From IMG/VR virus record IMGVR_UViG_3300048014_000353, positions 1 through 64,000 of that record: 64,000 bases of DNA. One strand, written 5' to 3'. Below, one piece after another: positions 55,135 through 64,000 of this stretch (the first letter of the stretch is position 1; every line of letters starts with the position of its first letter). The DNA comes from a virus. The notes beneath the pieces are model-generated. The model had not been told where the DNA came from. It was given only the letters and a program-made list of their open reading frames with translations, and made no database searches. The position numbers were made by a program, and so were the translations under genes.

Positions 55135-56220
55135 TCATCGCGATCGCCCTTCTTTCGACGCCTCTTGGTCCGCGATGCCCCATCCGATGGTCGGCCGCAC
55201 GGCCAGCGTGAGGGGGTCCTGGGTCGCCCCTACGAAGCCCCCGAGAAAGTGCATCTCGTAGGTGGTCGCGAAGTAGTGCCACTTGAATGGCACCTTCGCG
55301 AGACCGACCGGGAAGTCCCCCGTGCTCGGAAGACGCCCGAAACGCGGACTACCTGCCGGCTTCTGCCAGGCGACCGCTAGGTCGTTCGGTCGGAGCCCCG
55401 GGCCTCGGCCCACGAGGTATGGGAAGAACGCGTTGACCGCGCCGCTCACGAAGGGGCCGCCCGAGCCGCCCGCTGTCTTGTAGAAGCTCTCCCAGAACGC
55501 GGGGTCGGCGTTCCCCCTCATCGCCGAGACGAAGTGGTCGAGCACGCCGGTGAGCGACGCGATCCAGGGCTCGCACTCGTACTCGCCGAGCGCAGACGCG
55601 CGTTCGCGGATCTGCCGCCAATCGTCCTGGGTCCCAAGGAGGGTGATGCTCGGGATCCCGCAGCACGTTTGCATGCCGTACGTGAAATACTGGCGCATCG
55701 CGTCCAGGAGCACGATCTCAGAGGCCGCCTTCTCGACGACGCCCGTGGTCGAGAACGCCGAAACGACCAGGTCGCGTTTCTTGCCGATGTGCTCGGCGAT
55801 GCGGTCGGAGAATTCCCCGAACGCGCCCGTCCAGTCGTTGTCCAGCGAGCCTTTGACGAAGTCGTCGCGTCGGATCTCGATGTACTTCTGCCCCTCGTGC
55901 GTCACGAAGCGCGAGCGGAGCTTTTCCGCGTTAGCGTTCACGTAGTGGGCGAAGCCCTGCGCGATCGCCAGCCACACGTCGTCCGGCGAGAGCACGAGCG
56001 GGTAGTGGTCCGCGTACGCGCGATGGACGGCGTTCAGAAAGCCGTTGGTCTCGGAGGCATAGAACCGCTCGTAGCGGCGTTCGCCGATGACCTCCTGGCC
56101 GTTCGCCCCGAAGGCCTCGACCTGCACACGGCAGGTGCCGTGAATCGCTAGGGCGACGGGCCCCTGAGAGAGCTTGCCCGGCTCCCCCAGCGCAACCTTG
56201 CTCACGTCGAACGTTGTCAT
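55135..56220 (-). CDS. DUF4419 family protein
   Basis: NGFLNAVHRAYADHYPLVLSPDDVWLAIAQGF..YVNANAEKLR...FSTT...CGIPSITLLGTQDDW. Confidence 0.85.
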   Translation of the reverse strand: MTTFDVSKVALGEPGKLSQGPVALAIHGTCRVQVEAFGANGQEVIGERRYERFYASETNGFLNAVHRAYADHYPLVLSPDDVWLAIAQGFAHYVNANAEKLRSRFVTHEGQKYIEIRRDDFVKGSLDNDWTGAFGEFSDRIAEHIGKKRDLVVSAFSTTGVVEKAASEIVLLDAMRQYFTYGMQTCCGIPSITLLGTQDDWRQIRERASALGEYECEPWIASLTGVLDHFVSAMRGNADPAFWESFYKTAGGSGGPFVSGAVNAFFPYLVGRGPGLRPNDLAVAWQKPAGSPRFGRLPSTGDFPVGLAKVPFKWHYFATTYEMHFLGGFVGATQDPLTLAVRPTIGWGIADQEASKEGRSR

Positions 56221-57250
56221 GGTGGTTCCCTTTCCCTGGGAGTCGCTAGCTGCCGTCGATGCTGGTCTTCCCGTCGTCGCGCGTCTCGCTGAAGACGATG
56301 CCGGCCGCGAGCGATCGGAGCTTGCTGGGCTTCACCGGTGTCCGGCGAAAGCGGATCGTGAGGGTCGAGCCGTCGTGGCACTCGGCCTTGAAGGTCCCAA
56401 GCGACGGGTTTTCTTTCTTCGCCGCCTCGACCAGGCGCGCGACGGCCGCCGTGAGGCTGTCGGTGTGAATGTCGTAGGGGGTCTCGGGAGCCAAGAGTCG
56501 GGCGCGAAGCACACGCACGCATTTCATCGGATTGTCGTGCGAGCCGAGGTTGTCCGGACCGACGATGACCCCATCGCAATTCACGCAGACGTTCGCCTCG
56601 GCCACTTGCCCCGTCGTCATTCGGCCTCTCCATCGCAAGCGCGGGCGAGCGCCGCCCGAAGCGCGGTCCGCAGGTGGTCACGTTCCTTCGTGAGCTCGTC
56701 GCAGCGGGTCTCGGCGAGCGCGAGACGTCCTTTCAGCGTTCGGACGTAGCCTCCGATCCACTCACGAAGCGACTCGACCCCGCGCACAAGCCCAAGTGAC
56801 TCGGCTTCGACCGACGACGCGTCGAGCGCGGCGCGCGCCCCGCGAAGGTCGCGGCTCTCGTTCCACGCGGCCCGGAGCGCGGCAGCCATCTCGGCCACGT
56901 CCGCCCATGCGAACGCGAGGAACGTCGCGTCGGCGAGGATCTGCCCGTCGTCCCGGTAGTCGTTCGGGTCGAACCGCAGATGCGAGGAACGAGCCTCCCC
57001 AAGCGAGCCGCTCATCCACGCGAGGAAGCGCGGAGAGGGCGAGGGGCGCCCGGACTTCTCTGCCGGCCAAACGAAGTCCTGCGCGGTTCGGATCCAGTAG
57101 TGCACGGAATCTTCGTGCACACTCTTCTCGACGCGGAACGGCCCCGCGGTCGCAGCCCGGTGCCGCGCCTCGATCGCCTTCAGCCACGCTTCGCCCCGCG
57201 TGTCGTCAGCCATGCTGCCTGCTCCCCGCGCGCGCAACGCTCGCGCCGAA

Positions 57251-57268
57251 CGACTAGTATCCTAGTCA
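57251..57268. promoter_or_regulatory. 18-bp operator copy
   Basis: CGACTAGTATCCTAGTCA. Confidence 0.7.
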
Positions 57269-58250
57269 CACGAAAAAGTGAAGAGGGATTCGCGCGCAGG
57301 CGCGTTCATGGCAACGCGAAGGGGGGGCGGGAGTCTCCGGCGGGCGGCCCAGATCGTCACGGGAACTCCCCGCCGTCTTCGCGCATGTACGCCTCGAACT
57401 CCGAGAGAAACGTCCTCGCAACGTCGACGTTACCGACAAACAGACCAACTCGTGCTCGTCTTCGCTCATCGGAGCAGCCTTTCCGAAATCACCTTCCCGA
57501 GGAACAAACCAAGTGCTGTGCCCACGATGACCAAAGCGACCCGGAGCCGATACGATTGTTCGCCAATTCGTCGGACTCGCTCCGCGATGGCGTAGGGCGT
57601 GAGCATCGCGGGACGAGCGCTCGTTCGGTACAGATTTTCATTCTTCATCGCGCGCACCCCTTTGGACACGGTCGAATCTCATGCCGGCGCGCCCCTTCGC
57701 GCAGGCGACCCACACGGGTCGTGGGGAAGCGGTACGGCATCCACTCGCTCCAGTCCCAGCGCCCGGCGCCCCACCGAGCGACCAGACCCGAGCCACGGCA
57801 GTCGGGGCAGGAGAGGGAAGACGTGGCGGACGTGGCGGTCACGGGCGGGCTCCCCAGGGATGCGGGTAGGCCCAATGCCCCTCCAGATTGATGCCGGGCA
57901 TCCTCACGTGCTCGGACGCGAACTGGAGCGCCCTGGTGGCTGCCTCATCGGGTTTACCTGCCTGCGCCTGGCATCGATCCCCGTTGATCAGGCTCGTGAT
58001 TCGGCACTCCCAGTAGTGGTATGGCTCCTCTCCGACCTTGCGGAGCGCCACGCGAACCTTCTTCGGGTCCGCGCGGAAGCGAACATAGGTCCCGATCCTC
58101 AGGATGATACTATCGCTCACAACGTGCCTCCGTCCAACACCGCCGGCACGCAGCGATCCCCTTCGGCGATGGCCCCGCCACGTCCCTCGCAGAGGCCGCT
58201 CCTGCGCTCCTCCGGGAGCACGATCCGAATCTCGACGGTCTTCGCGCCGC

Positions 58251-58496
58251 TCACGTCGCCACCGACACGCTCGTGCGCTCCGGCACGTCGATGTCCACGT
58301 AGCGGTGCGCCCCCGGCGTCACCGTCAACGTCGAGAGGCGCGCCCCCTCCCCGAGGAAGATGAGCAGCTCCTCCACCAGGCTCGCGGTCGCGGCCTCGGA
58401 GGTCGGCCCCTCGGCCGAGACGTCCGCGTCGTAGCAGGTGGCGACGAAGACCCCGTCGCTCCCATTCACCTCGGCAAAGAACCGCTTGATCGCCAT
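58251..58496 (-). CDS. HicB-like small protein
   Basis: DGVFVATCYDADVSAEGPTSEAATASLVEEL resembles the HicB N-terminal domain. Confidence 0.45.
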   Translation of the reverse strand: MAIKRFFAEVNGSDGVFVATCYDADVSAEGPTSEAATASLVEELLIFLGEGARLSTLTVTPGAHRYVDIDVPERTSVSVAT

Positions 58497-58571
58497 GCGC
58501 GCCCGCCTCCCGATCCTCGCCGGAGACCCTAGGAGGCGCCATGGAGTAACCGCGAGCGGAAAAGCGCGCAC

Positions 58572-58799
58572 CTACTTCTTTTTGCGGTCCAACTGCGCGA
58601 TGGCGAGCGACACGACCGCCGACCGGCTCAAGCCCAAGGATTCCGAGAGCCGAGCGATCATCTCCACGGTCTCGGTCGCCAACGAAAACGTGACGTTCGG
58701 GCGGCCGGCCGCCGCGCGCGCGGCGTAGGAGCGCGACGTTCCCGAGCGAGACTTCTTGGGCGGCATAGATGTCGGGGGCGTGTGGGTGTCGGAGCTCAT
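58572..58799 (-). CDS. Ribbon-helix-helix protein, copy 1
   Basis: GRPNVTFSLATETVEMIARLSESLGLSRSAVVSLAI. Confidence 0.8.
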   Translation of the reverse strand: MSSDTHTPPTSMPPKKSRSGTSRSYAARAAAGRPNVTFSLATETVEMIARLSESLGLSRSAVVSLAIAQLDRKKK

Positions 58800-59094
58800 C
58801 GCAGGTGATCCCTCGCCTCGACCGAGACGACCACAAGCAGTCGCCCCTCGCGGAGGACGCGCGCGCTCACGTCGATCTGCGTCGCGCGCGAGCGTGCACG
58901 GATGCGCATCGGAGGCGCCTCGTCGAGGACGCGCGCGTCGAGGAGCAGCTCCGTCAGCTCGCGGCGTGCCTCCTCGATGCGGAGGCTGCGCTGCTTGGCG
59001 TATTGCTCGGCGGCCGTCAGGGTGACGTACACTTGGCCGAGCGTCGCGAGACGCGGGCGGTCCGCGTCCTCCGAGGGGGGACGGCGAAGAGCGG

Positions 59095-59748
59095 TCATGA
59101 TCGATCCTCTGGCTCCCACGCTTCACTGTACTCCCGATCGGCGAACAACTCACGGAGACCGGTGATCTGCTTCAAGCGCAGCACTTCGTCCGGATCCATC
59201 CCGAGTTCTTTCACGATCGCCTTGTCGTCCCACCCGGCGCGCGTCAGGTCAGCGACGATGTCCATCATCGACGATACGGCATGCTTGCCGCGAGCTCGAT
59301 TGTGCCGAATCGTGGCTGCGACGCGATCCTTCCGGTCGGCTCGCTCCGCTTTGATGCGCACGACCGGAAGATGTCCGTGAAGACGAGCGGCAATGGATTC
59401 CACCTCTTTACCTACGCGATGACGGTGGAATCCGTCGACGACCTCATCCACGTCATCCACATGGTGCGCAACGATGGGTTGTGTATATCCATCGCACTCG
59501 ATCGAGTGCGCAAGGAGCTTCATCTCGGGCGGCGCGACTCGGTTCGGGTTGTAATCGTTTCCGCGGACGAGTGGGCCCGGCAGCCAAAGGACCAGGTCCA
59601 CGGGCTCTGACGCAAATGGGCTCACCGCATGAAGGGCCGAACGCACGGCATTCAGCGCCTCTATCCGGTCACCGACATCCGGTAGATCCACGATCGCCCC
59701 CGCCAGTTCGGACGCCAGCTTCAGAATCAACCCTGCTCCAGTCGCCAC
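59095..59748 (-). CDS. ibrB: IbrB-like ParB/Srx-domain protein
   Basis: SPFASEPVDLVLW...NDYNPNRVAPPEMKLL..SI..DGYTQPIV..VVDGFHR...ATIRHNRARGKH. Confidence 0.9.
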   Translation of the reverse strand: MATGAGLILKLASELAGAIVDLPDVGDRIEALNAVRSALHAVSPFASEPVDLVLWLPGPLVRGNDYNPNRVAPPEMKLLAHSIECDGYTQPIVAHHVDDVDEVVDGFHRHRVGKEVESIAARLHGHLPVVRIKAERADRKDRVAATIRHNRARGKHAVSSMMDIVADLTRAGWDDKAIVKELGMDPDEVLRLKQITGLRELFADREYSEAWEPEDRS

Positions 59749-60983
59749 TTCAACCTCCGCTCACGCATCGCGCGCTTGTACTTGTCGAATGCCGTCGAAC
59801 TCTGCTGCGAGAAACTGAGCCCCTTGCAGATGCGATCGTTCTTCAGGATCACCTTGCAGATTCGACGCCAGGATGGCGCTTTTCGCGCCGCCTCCAATTT
59901 CGGATCGGCCTCGTCCGCAACAGGGATTCCCTTGTTCGACCACCAATGGAGGAAGATGTCGATCTTGGTCTCGTAGTGCTCGCGCTCCGCATCGGGCAGC
60001 GAGTCGAGAAGGAACCGCGCATAGGACTGCCACGTATGGCCTTCCGGAAGCGATACCTTGCCGTTACCGAGAACGTTGCCGCGTTCGCGTGCGTAGAGCG
60101 CGCCGCTGTTGGCGCCGTAGACCCGGTTGACGACCCGCGACCACGTGTCCGGCTCCAGCACATGGTACAGCCAGAGGCCCTTGCGCTGGTCGTCGCCGTA
60201 CGGCTGGCAGATGCGCATCTGGTGCGGGCTCAGCCCGGCCAGGTGCATCTGATCGTAGATCCGGTTGTAGATGCATCCCTCTCGTGATGTGTAGGTCCAG
60301 ATGTCCTCCGTCCTCCAGTCATAGATCGGATAGACGTTGTAGACAGCGCGCCCCTTCCACGACGTCCATGGTCGCCCGTCGAATCGCGAGTTTCGGCGTT
60401 GCGCGATGGCGCGCCAACGGTTGAGCGATTCCGCCGTACGGATCCCAACCAGGCATGCCGTGGCTTTGCCGGCCCCGTACCAATGGCCGAACTCCGCGAC
60501 AAACTCTTCGAACTCCATACCAGGTCGAAAAAATGGAAAGCGAGAGCCATCGCCGATGGCCTCCGTCGGCATGGGGCGCACCCAGTCTTCTCGCCGCTCG
60601 GGGTCCCAGCACGTCCAGAACGGATGCGCTGTGCTGACGGCGTTTCGCAGATTCAGTGGCAAAGCGAGCCAGTACGGCTCGATGACGTCTGCGTACTCGG
60701 CGAACATCTCCCGAACGCAGTCGATGGTCGCGAGGTACTGTGCCTCCAGGTCAAGGTAGAGGACCCCGAGTTTGCGACCACGCCGGCGAGCCTCTCGCGC
60801 GGCGATGTGCATCATGACCGTGCTGTCCTTGCCGCTCGGTCCAGACAGGTAGACGCGTGGAAACGTGTCGAAGGTCCACGCGACCCGCTGCTCCGCGGCC
60901 TCAACTACGCTGATGCCGAGATTGCGACGGTCGGCGCGTCGAGCGCGGCCAACGACTGCCGGATCGTTTCGTCCCTCGTGCAT
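59727..60983 (-). CDS. ibrA: IbrA-like PAPS reductase/PP-loop protein (DUF3440)
   Basis: LDLEAQY, WDPE...WVRPMP, GIRTAESLNRW, YPIYDWRTEDIW, MRICQPYG, PSWRRICKVILKND. Confidence 0.9.
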   Translation of the reverse strand: MHEGRNDPAVVGRARRADRRNLGISVVEAAEQRVAWTFDTFPRVYLSGPSGKDSTVMMHIAAREARRRGRKLGVLYLDLEAQYLATIDCVREMFAEYADVIEPYWLALPLNLRNAVSTAHPFWTCWDPERREDWVRPMPTEAIGDGSRFPFFRPGMEFEEFVAEFGHWYGAGKATACLVGIRTAESLNRWRAIAQRRNSRFDGRPWTSWKGRAVYNVYPIYDWRTEDIWTYTSREGCIYNRIYDQMHLAGLSPHQMRICQPYGDDQRKGLWLYHVLEPDTWSRVVNRVYGANSGALYARERGNVLGNGKVSLPEGHTWQSYARFLLDSLPDAEREHYETKIDIFLHWWSNKGIPVADEADPKLEAARKAPSWRRICKVILKNDRICKGLSFSQQSSTAFDKYKRAMRERRLKWRLEQG

Positions 60984-61312
60984 TGCGCTTCCTCCAGGAT
61001 TCGCGTGACATCGTCTTGAGCCACACCCACGACATCGCCGGCGCCGTTGACACGAACAAAGAATCGCTCCTCCTTTGCGCGCGTCCGCCACCGATTCACT
61101 TCGTAAAGGCGCCCGTGCTCCAGTTGAAAGTAGAGCTTCGTACCGCGCCCCTTCCGATCGGCATCCGTATAGTCGCGCGAGCCGTTGACGAACCGGCGTT
61201 CGTAGCCGCGTTTGGCGTCTAGCCCCAAAAGTTGGGCGACCCACGGTCGTCGCTCCGGCCCTCGCCCACGCGGATGGGGCCCCCACTCCTCCAGACCGTA
61301 GAGGGCAATCAT
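60905..61312 (-). CDS. Conserved hypothetical phage protein
   Basis: RRPWVAQLLG.D...YERRFVNG.RDY...YEV. Confidence 0.6.
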   Translation of the reverse strand: MIALYGLEEWGPHPRGRGPERRPWVAQLLGLDAKRGYERRFVNGSRDYTDADRKGRGTKLYFQLEHGRLYEVNRWRTRAKEERFFVRVNGAGDVVGVAQDDVTRILEEAQCTRDETIRQSLAALDAPTVAISASA

Positions 61313-62547
61313 GCCCGCTCCGCCAAGCGCCATTGCGCCAGTCTCCCCGCAGTTGTGAAACTAAGGACGCGTCGGAACCCATCGAGCCATTCGACCAGCG
61401 GCTCGAGTTCGAGAGCGGCGACGATGAGCGTCTCTGCATCGAAACCCGCTAGACGAAGAGCGCGGGCGGCAGACCACGGACGACCTGACGCTAAGTCACG
61501 TCGGGCGCGCCGAAGACTATCGACGCCACTCATCGCGCGTTCGTCATAGCCCCAATTCGTTGCGTTGCCGCCGCGGCTCGCAACCTTTGCGATGCTCACG
61601 AGATCGAGGTCTTCTTTTGAAGCGAGATGCTCAAGTTGGCGCGCCACATCGTCAAGCTCTTTCGCTTCCGCACGCTCCCGTTTGGTCTTCTCGCGTGATC
61701 GAACATCTGCCGCACGTCGGTAGTTACGGGATGCGAGAGCGAGGCGTCGTCGAAGGAGTTTCTCCGCTGCCCCAATGGCCCGCTCGACTCGGGCCATCTC
61801 TTCTTCCTGCGACGCTCTTGGCAATCCGGTCTGGTCGCCCACGCAGTCCAGACCACCGACCATCGCGTCGACGATCGTCACGCTGGTGCCCTCGATCCAC
61901 GGCGGAACGCCTTGGGGCCAGAGGCGATCCCACGTGTGCGTTTTTGCGAGCATGGGATGCTCCATGACCTTTCCGAGGCGTCCGTAGCAGGTCCTGAGTC
62001 CCTGCGCGACGAGCCGAGGTCGGATCCACTGCTCCGGCGGGAACTCCGTCTCCGGCACATCCTGATACGGCGATCGACCACCGTAGCCACGCCACGTCGG
62101 AAGCGCGATCTGACGCCAACCCGTTGGCATCGTGGGAGTGAGAGTAACGCCGTCCTTGACGGCGGCGCCGTCGCGCTGGACGAGCTCTCCGTCGAAACGC
62201 ACGTCCCCCTTTGGTGCATATGCGGCAGCGTAAGACTTCTCGGAGAATAGCCCTAGATCTTCCACGCCCGGGTGAGCCGCCACGCCCGTGTCCCACGCCG
62301 TTCCGTCTGCAACGTTGAGGATCCCGATAGTCCCAGCGTCCGTGAGGCACGGGAGCACGTGCCACTGCGACGCGCCCATCATGTCTCCGCGCCCGTACAC
62401 GCGCGCTACCACTACGCGCAGCTGCGCGGCGGCAGCGGTTCGCGAAGCGTCGACCGAGCGCGCGACCTCCGAAACCAGCGCCGCCGCTGCGAGATCGCTG
62501 TCGTGCATCCCGCGAGCCTCACCGATCGTAAAACCATTGGTTTTCAT
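61309..62547 (-). CDS. Hypothetical protein with atypical codon usage
   Basis: 412-aa ORF with a coiled-coil C-terminal half. Confidence 0.6.
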   Translation of the reverse strand: MKTNGFTIGEARGMHDSDLAAAALVSEVARSVDASRTAAAAQLRVVVARVYGRGDMMGASQWHVLPCLTDAGTIGILNVADGTAWDTGVAAHPGVEDLGLFSEKSYAAAYAPKGDVRFDGELVQRDGAAVKDGVTLTPTMPTGWRQIALPTWRGYGGRSPYQDVPETEFPPEQWIRPRLVAQGLRTCYGRLGKVMEHPMLAKTHTWDRLWPQGVPPWIEGTSVTIVDAMVGGLDCVGDQTGLPRASQEEEMARVERAIGAAEKLLRRRLALASRNYRRAADVRSREKTKRERAEAKELDDVARQLEHLASKEDLDLVSIAKVASRGGNATNWGYDERAMSGVDSLRRARRDLASGRPWSAARALRLAGFDAETLIVAALELEPLVEWLDGFRRVLSFTTAGRLAQWRLAERA

Positions 62548-63023
62548 TCGTCGTCTCCCTGGTTCGAATACTCGTTATTTATCGTGCGTCCGTGGAGGGC
62601 GAGCGCCAGGCAGTCGCGCGACTCCTCCGACAAGGGGACGAAGCGCGGATCGTCGTAGACCACGCCATGCCCGTCGCAATCAGGGCAGAGCGGAGAGCCG
62701 TGGTCCTCATCGGGCACGTGTCCGGTGCCGTCGCAGCGCGGGCAGTCACGGCGCGTGGCTTGGGCGCTCACGACAGGGCCTCGCGTGTCCGCGTCTGGCA
62801 CCAGAGCCCATCGACACGTGTCAGATCCTGGCGCAGCACCTCACGCACCTCGCGCGCGTGCTTGCTCTCGACGAGCACCTCGCGGACCCCACCGTCCGCT
62901 TGCGGGATGCGCGCGACAACTACCCAGGCCATTTTGATCGTCATCCCCTCATCCTCCTCTGCGGATCGATGGCCGCGTCCCGGGTCGCCTCACGACGGCC
63001 CGGACCGCGGTCCGCGAGCGCTC

Positions 63024-63296
63024 TCAGCAGTGCCCGCACTCTCCATCCTGCGTCAGCGGCCCGTACGCACCGCACTCCCAGCAGCTCCCCGTTTTGACGT
63101 AGCGCTCGCCCGAGTAGCTACGGCGCGCGTACGACCCACGTCGTCCGGAGGACGGTGCGACGGCACTCGGCGTGGTGGACGGAGCGCAGCTCGCGTGGCT
63201 AGCCTTGACGCCCCTGGACCAGTTGACCTTGGAGCCGACCTGGATAGCAAGTCCGCAGCAGGGGCACTTCGAGTCGAATTTCGCGGTGATGACCAT
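63024..63296 (-). CDS. Small zinc-finger protein
   Basis: AKFDSKCPCCG...HASC...CWECG...CGHC. Confidence 0.6.
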   Translation of the reverse strand: MVITAKFDSKCPCCGLAIQVGSKVNWSRGVKASHASCAPSTTPSAVAPSSGRRGSYARRSYSGERYVKTGSCWECGAYGPLTQDGECGHC

Positions 63297-63422
63297 GGGA
63301 GAACCCTCCACCAAGTGAGCCGCCCCCGGTCGGGGCGGAGATTCGTGGGCGACATCGTCGCCGCGCACGCCAGCGTGTTGCTGACCAGACTCAATCTAGC
63401 ATGCGGTACATACCGCGCAAGC

Positions 63423-63623
63423 CTATTTTACCTTTTTCTTTCGGTCCAACTGCTCGATCGCGAGCGTGACGACCGCCGATCGGCTGAGGCCCAAGGATTC
63501 CGAGAGCCGAGCGATCATCTCCACCGTTTCGGTCGTGAGCGAGAGCGTGACGTTGGGACGCCCCGCCTTGACGCGCTCGCCGTAGGAGCGGGACGTGCCC
63601 GACCGGGACTTCTCAGGCGGCAT
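63423..63623 (-). CDS. Ribbon-helix-helix protein, copy 2
   Basis: Near-identical to the 58572 copy. Confidence 0.8.
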   Translation of the reverse strand: MPPEKSRSGTSRSYGERVKAGRPNVTLSLTTETVEMIARLSESLGLSRSAVVTLAIEQLDRKKKVK

Positions 63624-63912
63624 AAGCGCCCCCGTGGTTCTTTCCCGCGCAGGAGCACTCGCACACCGTGCCCGTCGACGCCTGGCACTTGGCGGAGCAG
63701 ACGTGCGTGGCGCTGAACGTCCCGCGAACGAGCTTCGCCACGCGGGGCTCACCGCACGTGCGGCAGTCGAGCACGATCGAGCCGGTACGGTCGTGTGTGT
63801 AGACCGACCCGGCGCGCTGGGGGTCGGCCTTCGCACGGCGTGCGTCTTGTCCCACGGAGAGGCCCGAGGTCACGCACGCGCAGGCGCGGCACTTGGCGAG
63901 GTAGCGGCTCAC
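63613..63912 (-). CDS. Cys-rich small phage protein
   Basis: CSAKCQASTGTVCECSCAGKNHG. Confidence 0.65.
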   Translation of the reverse strand: MSRYLAKCRACACVTSGLSVGQDARRAKADPQRAGSVYTHDRTGSIVLDCRTCGEPRVAKLVRGTFSATHVCSAKCQASTGTVCECSCAGKNHGGAYAA

Positions 63913-64000
63913 GGTTGCGCCTCCAGGCTCCGGCGCTCCCAAACCGAGTCGAAGTCCTCATCCGACTCCGACCAGAGCGGGTCTCCATTGGTCTCGATCG

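Overview
The window looks like the early/accessory region of a large, GC-rich temperate phage in its non-integrated form; no virion structural genes are present. The host is unknown, and Myxococcota/deltaproteobacteria is only a weak guess from the protein families. From left to right it carries: (1) a lysogeny module with a degenerate ImmA-like gene, divergent XRE repressors, xis, a tyrosine integrase and an attP containing the 3' half of tRNA-Gly(GCC); (2) an RNA ligase and a sigma factor; (3) a type I-E CRISPR locus (cas8e-cas11-cas7-cas5-cas6e-cas1-cas2 plus 23 repeats) with no cas3 in the window; (4) an IS200/IS605 relic whose tnpB core is replaced in frame by an endonuclease VII gene, followed by an SF2 helicase; (5) a 3.76-kb IS1-family cargo transposon with an 8-bp target duplication that splits a metallophosphoesterase gene; (6) a rep-dnaB module with 10-bp-periodic iterons; (7) methyltransferases, a SNF2 helicase, IbrAB and many small ORFs. 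The strongest novel signal is inside the IS1 element: a putative toxin, an HTH/M78-peptidase, a perfect hairpin and a 95-nt tRNA-Sec-like allo-tRNA (9/3 fold) with an amber-reading CUA anticodon. One CRISPR spacer matches the IS1 transposase at 26/32 nt with an intact seed and a GAG PAM. An 18-bp palindromic operator occurs at 15 sites, including the cas promoter. All calls are by-eye motif recognition and manual folding; no database search was run.
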